From Podarcis muralis (lineage: Eukaryota): a stretch of 64,000 nt of DNA. The stretch spans positions 17,112,001-17,176,000 of the forward strand of contig NC_135667.1 of the NCBI RefSeq assembly GCF_964188315.1, given 5' to 3'. The notes under the pieces are model-generated. The model was given only the letters and a program-made list of their open reading frames with translations. It searched no databases and was not told the DNA's origin. Position numbers and translations under genes: made by a program. Of this stretch, positions 18,896 through 44,226 are shown piece after piece; positions within the stretch are counted from its first letter, which is position 1, and each line of letters starts with the position of its first letter.

Positions 18896-31211
<12,316 letters not shown>

Positions 31212-32438
31212 CACCCGCCCTTCCACTGCCACCCAACCAATAGCTGTTCTCCATCGGTCATACTGGACTTTGTTTCATTGGTCTTTTTTAAACCCTTCAG
31301 TTTTTTAAATGGGTGGATCCTCAGGGCATTATTAAGCACCACCCACCCCCAAACTCAGGGCAGAAAGTCAGCCTGCCAGCTCCAAATGGGCTTTGCTTTT
31401 GGCTAGCCAGGTTCCACTGCTGCCTTGATTCTGCCTGGGCAGCACTAAGCTCACCCTCTTGCCAAGTTCTTGCACGCCAGTCGCCTCTGCCCCACGACCT
31501 GCTGGCGTCCTTCTCCACATTGCCTCCCAGCTCCCAGATTAGATGCATGGCACCGCCTCCATGTTGCTGCCTCCCCTGAGAAAACTTTACCCACCTTCAG
31601 GATTTTTGTAGAAGTGCTGTAGGACCATCTTCCTGCAGTGGTTTTGTCTCACGTTTTAACCAGGGCTGCAATGTTTCACTGACAATCAGTTGAACATTTT
31701 GGTTAACTAGGCCGGGGTACGTTTCTATTGGCCAGCAACTTGCAGGGGATGGGGTGAGTAAGTACTTCTTTTTAAAAATCAGGTAGCAAGGGCTCTCTTA
31801 GAAGACACATTCCCTCCTATGTGTGAGAAGGGAAATATCTTTTTAAGATGTATGCTGCAACAACCGCAAGTGTGCATTACCTAATAAAGTACGCTTGTTT
31901 CTTTAGAAGTATTGTCATATGCAAGTTTATATATTAGTCAAAACTCACGACGATCAATCAAGTTTTCTTGTATTGTGTGGCAGTACTAGTGGGGTTTGCC
32001 TAGTACTTATTTTTAACCTCTTCTTAAACATCACAGAGACCTCCTCCAGAAAGGTAGGCTAGAAATTAATAATACCAAGTGGCCTGACCTCCCCGTCCCC
32101 TCAGTCCAGAACGCAATCAGATAATACAAGCTCATCTTTTAAGCACCCAGAGGACAGCAAACACAATCAAAACCCTACTATTCCCATTTTTTGTCATAGG
32201 AGTACATACAGTAGCCAGTCACACCAAGCCATATTTCTACAGCTGTTTTGTTTAACCACTAGAGGGCAGCATAAGAGGGGTTCCCAAACTGCAGTCCCTA
32301 GCACAACACATTACAATTGCTACAACAGGTGGAGATTTCGTTAAGTGGTCCACCAAGAGCCTCAGCAATTTTCAAGTGGTCGGGAAAGTTTGGGAACCAC
32401 TGTTTTACACCCAGCTGCCCTCCTCTCTCTTGTCTCCC

Positions 32439-32545
32439 TAGCTCAGTCAGTAGAGCATGAGACTCTTCATCTCAGGGTTGTGAGGTTGAGCAAAAGATTC
32501 CTGCATTGAAGGGTTGGACTAGATGACCCTTGAGGTCCCTTCTAT
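32439..32545 (+). mobile_element. tRNA-Lys-derived SINE with CR1-like tail (internally deleted)
   Basis: tagctcagtcagtagagcatgagactcttcatctcagggttg...agattcctgcattgaagggttggactagatgacc. Confidence 0.7.
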
Positions 32546-33255
32546 CTCCTGGGACTTTAAAATCTTACTCTATATTTGCAAGAACAATCCCACCTCATTT
32601 ACCGCTTCTTTAAGGGCCAAGACTTCTTTTAACAATCAATGGCAGGTGGGTGGGAGAGAAAGAGAAGAGATCAAGCAATGATCTCCTACCCACAAAAACA
32701 AAGTGTTAGTTTGCACCCTTACTAAAAAAATGTAGCTGGAACCTTTTCACCTATAGGTAAAGGGAAAAAATTACTTAGTGCCCCGTTCCCTTTGCCCCCC
32801 CTTCTTCCCCCCTCCTAAAAATCTGAAACACGCAGGATGGGAAGGTATTGTCAAAGCAGGAGTGGAAAACCTATGAGCCTCCATGTTGCTGAACTCCAAC
32901 TCCCATCAGCTCCTGCCAGAATGTCCAATGGTCAGGGATGATGGGATTTGTAATCCAGCAACACCTGGAGGGTCACAGGTTCCCTATCCTTGTTTAGATC
33001 ACTTGGCTTCAGAGATGCTCAGAGCAGAGTCCAACAGGTAGGAATGATCAATATAACACACAAGGAAACTGGTTTTACATTTTATTTTCTGCTACATGCT
33101 CTTCCAAGTCCTCCTAGTATTCCCACTGGGGAGACCTGGGTGGGTCCCACGACTGCATATGTTTGCTCCACAGCTGCCTCTCCCATTCCCTTGGGGGTTT
33201 GTTTTGGTCTCTGGGCTGCCGCCGCCTTCTTTCCCAGGGCAGAGGAGCTCCTCTC

Positions 33256-35850
33256 TCACTTAGCTTCTTGTTCTTCCGCCCACTGCTCTGGCGTTAGGGT
33301 TCTCTGTTCAAAGGCATGAATGTGCTTCAACTCCTCCACTAAGACTTCATTGACCAGCCTAGGGAAGGTGGGGAGAGGAGATGGAAATAGGCAAAAATCC
33401 AAGGGCATTCTTGCTTCTAGACTGCATCTTAGCCGGTAATGTAATTTTTAAAAATACCACTCTGGCCATTTTTAGCTACCAGCAACAACTTCGAACGCAC
33501 ACAATCAAACCGATTAATTCAAGAAGTCAATGGTGTGGTGCGGAAACGGTTTCTCCACTCTTCTCTGTGAAAATGTTTGACATTTCCAAAAATGAATGGC
33601 TGCAGATGTGATTAGTAATGTGGGGAATCCGTACAATACCAGTCAAATTGGTTGGCTTCAAAGTGGTAATTAACTTTTTCATACCACTATACAATGAAAC
33701 ATCTGTATCTAATATGCAGCACTTTGGGCTGTTAGTATGTTAGTTTTCAGTGCCTTCATTTCCCCCACCCCTAAAAATTAAACAATGTAAGGGAAGTCTG
33801 TGCTACTGAATTGTTATGTCTGAACATTTACAAGTACTCCAATAAATAAAATTTACAAGTAAAGCTTTCAGTCTGTTTGAATAAAACATTCAAGCAACAC
33901 TGGGGGGGGGGGGGGGGAGATCAATAACACACACAATCATTTAAGTGCTTTTGGAAGAGACAATTATACCACATGTAAGCCTAACATGACATGCATATTT
34001 AGTTTTGTTTATTAAATACAACTCAAATGGCTAACTCCAGATAAGAGCCCCCTCTATTAAAGGCATTTTATTGATTCCAAGTTTTCCAGAAAATAATCAC
34101 TGACCATGTTTTTATGGACAAAGTTTGTAAAACATTTCCTGAGTCTTGCATATTTATAAAGTGCTATTTGGTTTAACATAATTAAACTATAGGCAGCATT
34201 GATTTAGACACTTTGATCACATTAATGAAAAATCAGAACATCAATTTAATAAATTCCAAGGATACAGAAAATGTCAGTGAGTGTGTTTTTGAGATATACA
34301 TAATTAATTGTGAACGCAATGGAATTTTGTAGAAGTGCAGTGTGTTAAGTAATTTAGACAGGGGTCTAATGAGCCTGGTGTAAGAGCTAACAGTGTTGGA
34401 CTAGTCCAGTGATGGCCAAACTTGGTCCTCCAGTTGTTTTGGAACTACAATTCCCATCATCCCTGACCACTAGTTCTGTTAGCTAAGGGTGATGGGAGTT
34501 GTAGTCCAAAAACAGCTGGAGGGCCAAGTTTGGCCATCACTGGACTAGGAGAAGACCCAGATTCAAACATCTGCTGTGCCATGAAGCTCACGGAATGACC
34601 TTGGGCCAGTCACTCTCAGCCTAACCCTCCTTCACATGGTTGTTGTGAAGGTAAAATCAGGCAGGGGGCATGTGATCCACCTTGAGGTCCCTGTAGCAAT
34701 GGTGGGATAGAAATGTAAGTAAATGCAAGAATGAAACAATCATGGAAGGGAGAAGTTGCTGGGTAAGGAACAGCACATGAAGCTGAAGCACTGACAAGAG
34801 CGGGTGAGAGATACAAAGAATACTTTATTTGGGAGTCTTTTGACTCAAGAATCTGAGTCTTTAAAGAGACACTGCCAGCCAGTGAGAGGAGAAAAGAGTC
34901 CCCCTAGCTATGCTAACTCATTCTCTCCCTACTTACCGATGCCGCTGCAACAGGGCTTTTCCTCGGAATCGTGGGGAAACTACCAGGACTTTGAAGCTTG
35001 TGGCACAGCGTCCAGGGGTTGTGTCTTCCACCTCCTTGTGTAATGGGATGAGGAAAAGGTTGATTATACAGAGTTTAGAAGAGGAGTCAACGCAGGCCAC
35101 CCCTCCCCTTGCAAATTCATTTCACGACCTGCGTGTCTTGAAAATACAAAGCAAGCCAAGCCAAGTACCAAGGTGTGTGCATAATGCGTACCAAGCCGTA
35201 CAACAGAAACAGTGACGGTCGACTCCCTACTAAGAAGGGTACACCCACTTCTCTTAATCTTACTACAGAACCACACAAAGCTGGTCAAGGGTGCAATCCT
35301 AGGTAGAATTATAGAAAGTAAATCCCAGCAAGCTCAGTGGAAAACACTTAGGAATAGCAGACACGCTTATGACAATGCTAAAAGGCGTCCCACGGGTCCT
35401 AGAATCTAGGTGATAGCCATTCTGGTTTGATCTCATTTTATACAAAATTTAATATTTATCAGATGCATTACTTATCTCTTTCCTTGCACTCCTCAGTTGA
35501 GCTCCCAATATTTTAATTGCCAAGATTTGAAGCTGACACCTAACTAGTGCGAGGCTATATTTCTGTGCACACTTTCCTCGGAGTAAGCTCACTAAACACA
35601 GCAGCCCTTCCTTCCGAGCAAACCCGGACCAGGCTGGCGCTGTGAGAGAATAAAGAGCGTCCAGGAGCCACGCAGGGAAAGGAGACAGAATGGCTCTTCC
35701 AACAAAGGAAGCGGCGGCTTCTTTTTCAGAGAAAGAGGGGCGGGTCAAAGGTCCCTGGGGGGCTGCCCCGCTTACCACATGCTCGGCCTCGAGCCCCTGG
35801 AGCAGCCGCTCCCGCAAGGCCTCCACGCTGAGAGCGCCAGACGCCTCCAT
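33256..35850 (-). CDS. BOLA2: BolA-like protein 2 (Fe-S cluster chaperone partner of GLRX3), 91 aa
   Basis: Exons 35850-35776, 35034-34937 and 33358-33256 total 276 nt: MEASGALSVEALRERLLQGLEAEHVEVEDTTPGRCATSFKVLVVSPRFRGKALLQRHRLVNEVLVEELKHIHAFEQRTLTPEQWAEEQEAK*. Minus-strand AATAAA at 33081-33086. Confidence 0.93.
34407..34542. mobile_element. hAT-type hairpin MITE nested in a SINE-like repeat
   Basis: Perfect 16-bp TIRs CAGTGATGGCCAAACT / AGTTTGGCCATCACTG. TSD gactagtc / gactagga. The host repeat resumes as agacccagattcaaac...gaccttgggccagtcactctcagcc. Confidence 0.75.
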
Positions 35851-35879
35851 CCTGCCCAGAGAAGCGCCCGAGATGAAAG

Positions 35880-36660
35880 AGAACCCCCCCAAACGCCCCA
35901 CTTCCGCCTATGGCACACGTCACATCCGCCCCTGGTCTCCTCTAACCAATCACATCGACCTAAAGTCGTGCGTGCCTGCATCACTTCCGCGTAATTTATT
36001 TTACCGTAGAGAAAGAATAAAGTAGAGCTGCCCCACCGTCGCAGTCTTTTGGGGGGAAATTGAATTAACTTCCTCTTCTAAATTTGAATGCAAAGTATAT
36101 ATCGATATTATTATCATTATTATTACTTTACCAAAGAGGACTAGAGTGACATCACCTTGAGCCTATCGCAGGCTTAGTCTGCAATCCTATGCCTGTGACT
36201 AAGACGCATTGAACTAATTGGGGCTTACTTCTGTGTAGATGTGCAGAGGAATGAACTAGAGACATATAAAACCGCCTCCATGTTTGACACCGCTTCGTTA
36301 AAATATTCAGAAACGTTTATCTGAATGTTTATTTTTTTTTTGTAATTGTTGCAAGCCATATTCTCAAATGTAAACAAAGATATATCTTAGTACAACCCTG
36401 TTAAACAGCTTAAAGATGAAAATGAAGAAAAAGCGCCTTTAGGTAGAATTATAGACTTTAAAAAAAATGTTCTCGGCTACTCTTTGACACTAGTTCCGAT
36501 TAGATCTCTTACAAGATTTTCTTAATAAGTCTATGCTCCCTGCACACCCCGTGACGTCACCCGCTCCTCTCGCGGGAGGTTGCCCACGTGGGCGGGGCAT
36601 GTCTTCGCCGCAGCCAATAGAATGCAAACGAGGCCGAACTCAAAAGAAACGGTTAGCCGG
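35880..36660. promoter_or_regulatory. Divergent BOLA2/SLX1 promoter region with two CpG modules
   Basis: BOLA2 side: ACTTCCGC ETS sites at about 35899 and 35983, CCAAT at 35946. SLX1 side: full CRE GTGACGTCAC at 36551-36560, TCTCGCGGGA at about 36568, CACGTG at 36585, GC box at 36590, CCAAT at 36614. Confidence 0.7.
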
Positions 36661-37220
36661 ACCTAAGGTGGAAGGTTGACGGGTAGCAAGCGGACCGAGA
36701 TGGGGACAGAAAAGTGGGGTGCAGGGCATGATGGGAAACTGCGGAAAGGCTCAGGCGGAGCATGATGGGAAAGGGAGGGGCCTCTGTTTGAAAGGCGCAG
36801 GGCATGATGGGAAATGCTAAAGCAAGAACTATATCCCGGTAGTGCTGCATGGCAGGCAGAGGTTCAATAGGTGCAGCTCTCCCTTCTATGGCAATAAAGA
36901 ACCCTCGTTGGGCCGCTCTTCCTCCAAGAACTGTGTTGACAAGCAGCAGCCCAACATGTCCAAGTCTCCCCTCCATGGAGAGGCAGTGATGCTGGATTTC
37001 TGCCCTGCACGTATCTCTTGAAAAGGAGCCCTGCCAGGAGAAGAGGCGGCAGCCCTATACTGAGCGGCGTGGAAAACGGGAAGGCGTCGGAGCAAAGGAA
37101 GGGCAGAGGTGAGAGAGGAACAACAGTTATTGCTGGAAGAGAGCGGGACTCTTCGCCTAACGCTTGCTTTCTCCTTCCTTGTAGGTCTCCTTGGACGTGC
37201 TTGAGCCCTCGGCGGTCGCC

Positions 37221-40200
37221 ATGGTGGTGGAAGTGTGCAACTTCTTTGGGGTCTACCTTCTGTACTGCACCAATCCTCGTTACCATGGCCGAGTCTACGT
37301 CGGCTTCACTGTCAATCCCGAGCGACGCATCAATCAGCACAACGGCGGGAAGCGACGTGGTGGGGCTTGGAAGACGAGTGGCCGTGGTCCTTGGTAATGC
37401 ATAACAGCCAAGGAAGCCGTGTTATTCCCATAGCTGTCAACTTTTTCCTTTTCTTGTGATGAATCCTATTCAGAATAAAGGAATGTCCCTTAAAAATAGG
37501 GAAAAGTTGACAGCTATGGTTATTCCAAGTCAGACCTTTGGCCTATTCAGCTCAGTAGTTGTCGACCACTGACTGGCCGCAGCTCTCCAGGGTTTTATAC
37601 TTGGTGGACGGAGGGGGGCTTTCCCAGGCCAGCCTTAACTTGACATATCAGAAATTGAACTTGGGATTTTCTGCTTGTAAAGCATGTATTCTACTACTGA
37701 GCTATGACATTCAAATTTTCCTTTTCTGTCTATGTCTTCCATCTAAGTATGTCCATTTTCTAGGCCAACCATTCTGAGGAGACTTCAGTGCATACTGCGA
37801 ACTAGACTTTCTAAGCTGTGCATGTTGGGAAATCAAATTTTCCTTCCTTTCTCCTTGCAGGGACATGGTGCTGATCATCCACGGTTTCCCTTCTGATGTG
37901 GCTGCTCTGCGGGTAAGGCCCTTCTCAATTTCCGCTCACCTTCCTTTTCCTTTTTAGCAGTGGGGTTCCTTTCCCCACAACTGCTCGTCCCACACACACC
38001 TAAGCAACCTCCTTTGATTTCCTCTCTCCCCCACGCAGTTTGAGTGGGCTTGGCAGCATCCGCACTCCTCCCGCCGCCTCACTCACGTGACCCGCCGCAC
38101 TTCGCGGGAGCGCCAGTTTGACTTCCACCTGCGTGTCTTAGCCCACATGCTCCAAACAGCTCCTTGGTGCCGTCTGCCCCTCACCATCCGCTGGCTCAAG
38201 CAGGAATATTGCAGGGACTTCCCTGCAGGCCTGGAACCTCCGCTACACATGCCGGTGGCTTTTGGGCAGGTCCGAGCTGTCAAGACCAAGGGGGTGAAGG
38301 CTCCAGAGGTGAATGTGGCTACTCCAAAACGCTGCAGCATCTGTCTGAAAAAATTCCAGGTAATGCTGGGTCTAGGATATTTGGTATCCTACCCACCTGT
38401 CTTCATGGACTGGCTGGATGCAGAGGAGTGGCATTAGCTGGGGAAGAAGGCTCAGAGCCCGGGGAGTGGTGGTGCGATGACTGTGAGTGGTCAGAGGGAA
38501 AAGAGGGAGCAGACTGGGAGATGTCGGAAGCTGAAGAGGGAACAAGGCTTGGTGAGCAGGAAGAGGCTGTGGCAGAGAGCAGTCCAGACGCAGCAGCAGA
38601 GGGGAGGGAGGCTGCTGAAAAGCCAGAGAGTCTCCCCCTTTCTTCTGGTCTCCCAGAACATGGAGAGGAATGAAGAGGGTGGAGCAAAGAGAGACAAGAC
38701 CAAGGAGCCTCAGGTTCCTGGGGAAGGACTTGCGGTAGAAGCCTTAGAGAGCGGTGGGGAGGCAGGGACCTTCAGTCCTCACAATTGCCTCCTTGAGGCA
38801 AGACCTACTGGGAAGAGTTGCTGTGATCAATCACTAGGCCTGCATTGTTTTGGGTTTTTTTGAATAAAGAGTTAACTTCATTGACACCAGGTGTTCTATT
38901 GCTGGCCTGCCCCTGACTCCAGCTCCTGACACCTGTCAAAGTTGGGCCGCAGGGGTAGGGGAACAGAGAAAGATCAGGGCTGAAAAGGTTCCCTGCCTCT
39001 CCTTTAGCAGGAGAATGGATTGGAGTGAGTGGGGCAGGGAAGGAGGGCTGGAAGCTGGCATTCCTGGATGGTTTGAGAGGTGAGATCTATGGAATGAGTG
39101 TCCGTTGCCAGACTTTTGAAATAATCTGGGGGAGATTTGAATTTGGGGGAATAGGAAGTTTGAAGTCAGGACACACTGGCTGTCGGAGAATGCAAAAGCC
39201 CTACTAGATCAAGCCGAAGGTCGATGCAGTCCAGTCCTGTTCTCACAGTGGCCAACCAGATGCCTCTGGGAAGCAGGAGTGCAGCAGCACTACTCTCCTC
39301 CCTGGTGATTCCCTGCAGGTGATACCCAGAGGCACCCTGCCTCTGATAGTGGGGTGGGGGGTGGAAACAGCCATTGCTGAACGCCTTTATGAGAGAGGAT
39401 TTGGTGCTGTTTCCTCCTGTGTCTGTTACTGGAGTAGGGATTAAGGTAGAAGGACTGTGTTTTGGATTTTGTCGCCCCTGCAGGATGGTGACAATGACAT
39501 CCCCTTGCACTGCTTCCACCCTGGCTGCACCATGGCTGCTCACATGACTTGTTTGTCTCGTGCTTTCCTAGCGAAAGAGCCGCTTCACTTCCTGCCAATC
39601 GAAGGGCAGTGCCCGGGGTAAGCAACTTCTCCTGCACACTGGCAGAATTAAAAAGAAGTTGGAGCAGGTTGACAGAATTTGAAATGCTGGCCCTGAGCCT
39701 GCCCCATCCTGCTCCAGCTACCACACTGAGAAAATCCTGCTTTCTCCCCCTTTCCCCCAGCTGCAAGAACCTTGTGCTCTGGGGGGACCTGGTTCGTCAC
39801 CATAAAGGCTGTTACGGCAACCTAGAAGCTGATCCCACCTCCTCCCAGGTAAAGGCCTCTAGACACTATTTCTATATTTGACTAGTTTGTGCTGGAAACT
39901 ATATTGTGTTCAAGCAGATAGATTAGGTTTGTCATATTTCAAACAGTTAAAAATCTGGACATTTTTAAATGTCCACTATTTTTAAGGGAAATCGCCAAGA
40001 ACGATACTGCTGACGTGGGTTGCCATATGTCCAGATTTTACCAGGCATTTTAGCGATTTCCCCCCAGACACTGCTTCCGACTGCAGTATTCTGGTTATGT
40101 CTAGGAAATTCCGGCTGTATGGAAACCCTAAGATAGATGTACAGTGGTACCTCGCAAGACGAATGCCTCGCAAGACAAAAAACTCACTAAACGAAAGCCT

Positions 40201-40684
40201 ATGGGCTTGCTTTGCAAGACGGAAATGTCTTGCAAGTTTGTTTCCTTTTTCTTAACACTGTTAATACAGTTGCGACTTGACTTCGAGGAGCAACTCATAG
40301 AACGCGGTGTGGTAGCCTTTTTTGAGGTTTTTGAAGCTTTTCCAAAACTTTCCCGACACCGTGCTTCGCAAGACGAGAAGAATCGCAAGACGACAAAACT
40401 CGCGGAACGAATTAATTTCGTCTTGCAAGGCACCACTGTACACCCTTGTCATAATTTAAGCCCATCCCTGTCCCGTATAAGCCTTTCTCCTCCAACCAGC
40501 TCCCTTTCCTTCCAGTCAAGTTAATCTCCTGCCTATGCTGCTTAAATTCTCCCTCCTTTATTTGGCCACATCACCTCTGGCATAAGCCCCACCTGTTCCA
40601 CTCCGCTATGTTGTTCCTTGCACATTAACCCATTTCCTTCCTTTTATGCTGCAGGAGCATTGGACTAATGAGCTGCAGCTGTGA
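37221..40684 (+). CDS. SLX1: Structure-specific endonuclease subunit SLX1 (GIY-YIG nuclease plus C-terminal RING/PHD-type zinc finger), 265 aa
   Basis: Exons 37221-37393, 37861-37912, 38039-38359, 39484-39617, 39761-39848 and 40655-40684 total 798 nt in frame. GVYLL...[25 protein letters not shown] motif, [16 protein letters not shown]...CFHPGC...H..C...CPGC, and an EHWTNELQL* end. 5'UTR acceptor at 37184. Confidence 0.93.
38401..38931 (+). mobile_element. Probable solo LTR in a SLX1 intron
   Basis: 5-bp direct repeat CCTGT on both sides (38396-38400 and 38932-38936). Ends in ...CCTGACA, with AATAAA at 38863-38868. The 5' end reads CT rather than the canonical TG. Confidence 0.6.
40142..40438. 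mobile_element. Tc1/mariner (Tigger-like) MITE
   Basis: TA-flanked TIRs CAGTGGTACCTCGCAAGACGAA / TTCGTCTTGCAAGGCACCACTG. Confidence 0.8.
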
Positions 40685-43600
40685 AGGAGGAGTCCTGTGC
40701 TTTTGCAAAAGCTGCCCATGGCTGACCTTTCATCCTTTAGGGCAGCGGAAGAGTGCCCAGGAATTCCGACACTTTGTGTGACCCTTCTGAAAATCCCAGC
40801 ATGCCCTCTTCCTCTGCCCTGAATCAGCTCCTGTGTTTGCTTCTTCCACGGCTGGATCTGGGCTCTTTTAAGCTTCCAGCCCCAGAATCATGCAACTAAC
40901 AAGTGAAATAATTAATTTTCTTAAGTGAAATGATTAAATAAAAGGACTGAAGGACTCAGCAGGATGTCTATGAAATAAGAAAAGCAGGGGTGGGAGAAAT
41001 CAAGACTTGCAAGATGAATGGAAAGCTCCCGTCCTCCAGGATTTTCTGGCTGGGAACCACGGAGGGTGGATGTTCCAGTGCTCTGGGACAATGGTGGGAA
41101 TTCTGCCACTGGCATTCAAAACACTGAAAGGGCAGAGCAGAGCAAATTGGGGCCAGAAGAGCAAGAAAAAGCACCCAAAGAAGAGTAGTGGAGGGGAACC
41201 TGTGGCCTTTCACATGTTGCTGGAATACAGCTCCCACCATCTCTGCCCTTTGGCCCTGCTGGCTGGGGCTGATGGCCAATGGAGTCCAACAACAGGCTCA
41301 CAATGACTGCCCTGGAATGTGGCCAAAATTAGGACAATTTTATATCGTGCCTATTGCACTGGCTGCTCATACAGAACAAGGAAATGGCATGTTTCTTGAC
41401 CATTCGTAAAATACAGTAGGTTCTTAAGGCAATAGTTGTACTCCATATTTGCATGAGTTTCTTCCTCTGTTTAAAGCACTTACAGTTCCTCCCCTTAGGC
41501 TAGTATTATCCCTATATTGCATAGGAGAGGACTCGGTGAATAATGGCATGCCTAAAGCCACTAAGTGAATGAAATGAAAGTTCAGCCACAGACTTCTCAC
41601 TGTTAAAGTATGTCGAGGGTATGTTTACTAATTATTGAAAGCTGCTTTATAGAAGCCCAGTTCCCTTGTTAATGCTTAGCCCCAGCAGTTGGCATGACCA
41701 GGGAGGAGAGCTGTGGGTTTGGTCTGGACATCTACGCGTTTGCATATCCTCGCTAAGTCATGAGCTTTGTGTTTTCAGAACAAGTAGGTCCTCCATTAAG
41801 ATGTGATCTTCTCCCAGCATAATCAGAGTTCTCGCTCTTAAGGAGGCTAAAATAAAGCCCATATGGGGAACCAAGAGCATATACAAATGAGCCCCCCAAA
41901 GAACTTAAAAACCCTTAATTACCCATAATGACCATGTGAACAGATGTGAAAATGCTTAAGCCTGTGTCTATTTTGTGCTTTTTAAAGCAAAAGATCCAAG
42001 ATTGCACTTAGGAAAGCTCAGTTTCTCCCCCGCCATAAACAACATGTTAAAAAAAATATCTGTGTGCTTCTGATCTGCTCTTTTAGGAATCACAACATTG
42101 ATAGAACAGGACTATGAGAGCCTTGATTAGCAAGAGGCATCCTGCTTAAGGAACAACAGCAACTCTTGCCAGGTTTTATTAGAACCGATGTCTTGGTTTT
42201 TTAATGTTTGAATCTTTTTTGTAAGTGGTTTTTGTTCCACATTTTGGGAAACTGGGGAATAAATTATTAAATAAACAGAAGCGCTGTTGATTTTCCATTT
42301 CTAGAGAGTTAAAAGTTAAAATACACCGCCGACAGCCAAGTCAGTTACACCGTGCAATACTCAACCTGTAGGGGCACAATCACTATCCTGCAATTAGTAG
42401 TAAGCTGTGCCAAGGAATCACAGCAGGGCCCTGTAAAGCGTTCAGCAACAAGAGGCATTGCCCAGAATGAGGCTGGGACATTTCCTATTTCCCCATCCAG
42501 CCCTCCTTTTCCAACGTGGGCTGCCAAATTTCCATCCAGCCGCTGTACTTGTAAGCCTTTAACAGCAGCATGATGTGTAGATATTCACAACTGGTAGTGT
42601 TATCCCCATGCTGAGAAACTGGTTGAATTTATGCACGTAGAGCCACTAATAAAGGCACAAGAGCACATTTGGCCAGTGCTTTTCTTGGTCAGTTGGCAAT
42701 CCTATTTCCAGCTCAAGGCCTGGAGTTTATACATGAGTTGTACCCTATTCCCCCCCGGGCTCCATTGCAGGCATCACTTTTGCGAGTCCAGCATGCTCCT
42801 GAAGCATACTTTGCCTTTTAAATGCTTAAGAACAAAACAAGCGCCTACTAAATCAGGCCAATGGCCAATCTCTCATCCTGTTCTCACAGTGGCCACCCAG
42901 ATGCACATGGGAAACCTGCAAAAGCACTCTTCCCTTCTGTGCCTTCCAGCTTCGGGCTGTTGCCACGATGCAAACGGTCAGTTTCAGGCGTGGGTACAGC
43001 AAAGTGCTGAAAGTGTACTTCTAACTTGGCAGAACTTGCTTGGATACAAAAACGTTGAGTGAGATGCTCAAATTTTGCAGTCCTCCCAGTGGCACCTGCT
43101 GGCTTGTGCTCAGAATCCTGCCCATGTCTTGATACATATTCCAGCTCCAGCAAGTGATCCCATGATAACGTTAAATAAATAGATGAAACCTGACCCAGGG
43201 CGGCCTTTCTGGATCTGAATGACAATGGATAGTTTTCCTTTCTCTTAAGATGCTCCCCCAGTTTCACGACTTCGCCAAATGACAGAATGGATAGTACAGA
43301 CCCTTCTCCCCAACCCCTCCCCACCCCTGGAAGCTGCTTGCCCTCAGACATCCTTTGATCATCAGATTCGAGATGCACACAAGCAACAAAAGCTCTAGAA
43401 GCCACCCCTCTGCCAACAGCATAGCCTGCCTTCTGAGCCTCCCAGCGCAAACACCCGGCTGCAGCCTCTTCGCCTTGGATACAGGAGTAAATTCCTTTGC
43501 TCTCTGCTCAAATCTGTCACACTAACAGGAGACAGCAGGAACTTCGTCAAGACCTTCCTTGGCTGCAACAAAAAGGAGAAGGTGAAATTCAGCCCTTGTT

Positions 43601-43735
43601 TTCTTGTCAATTTGGTCCATAATGACAGCCAATGCAGTGTGGCAGTTGTTGTCAGACTAGGACCTGAGAGACCAGGGTTCAAATCCCCACTCAGCCATGA
43701 AGCTCCCTGGGTGACCTTGGGCCAGTCACTCAGCC

Positions 43736-44128
43736 CATATAACAACAACAACAACAATTTATACCCCGCCCATACAACAACAACAACAACAATAATAATT
43801 CATTTATACCCAGCCCATCTGGCTGGGTCTCCCCAGCCACCCTGGGTGGCTTCCAACAAAGTATTAAAATACAGTGGTCTATTAAACATTAAAAGCTTCC
43901 CTAAACAGAGCTGCCTTCAGGTGTCTTCTAAAAGTAGGGTAGTTGTTATCTTTGACATCTGGTGGGAGGGTGCCACTACCGAGAAGGCCCTCTGCCTGGT
44001 TCCCTGTAACTTGGCTTCTTGCAGCGAGGGAACCACCAGAAGGCCCTCGGTGCTGGACCTCAGTGTCCGGGCAGAACGATGGGGGTGGAGACGCTCCTTC
44101 AGGTATTCTGGACCGAGGCCGTTTAGGG
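43736..44128 (-). mobile_element. L2-clade LINE 3' fragment inserted in a SINE
   Basis: Reverse complement of the L2 3' end seen at 15725, with an (AAC/AAT)n tail at 43736-43810. The host SINE continues on both sides (43630-43735 and 44129-44225). Confidence 0.7.
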
Positions 44129-44226
44129 CCTAGCCTACCTCGCAGGGTTGTTGTGAGGAAAAAATGGAAATGGGGAGGGCTATGTACATCCCATTGAGCT
44201 CCATGGAGTAAAGGTGGGATAAATAC

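Noticed and set aside
38164-38673. 169-aa acidic ORF as an independent gene
   Set aside because: The 5' half is an alternate frame of a SLX1 exon and the 3' half lies in the TSD-flanked repeat.
42884-43450. 188-aa - strand ORF
   Set aside because: Non-ATG start and no recognisable domain. It is better explained as 3'UTR of the candidate alternative ZNF exon.
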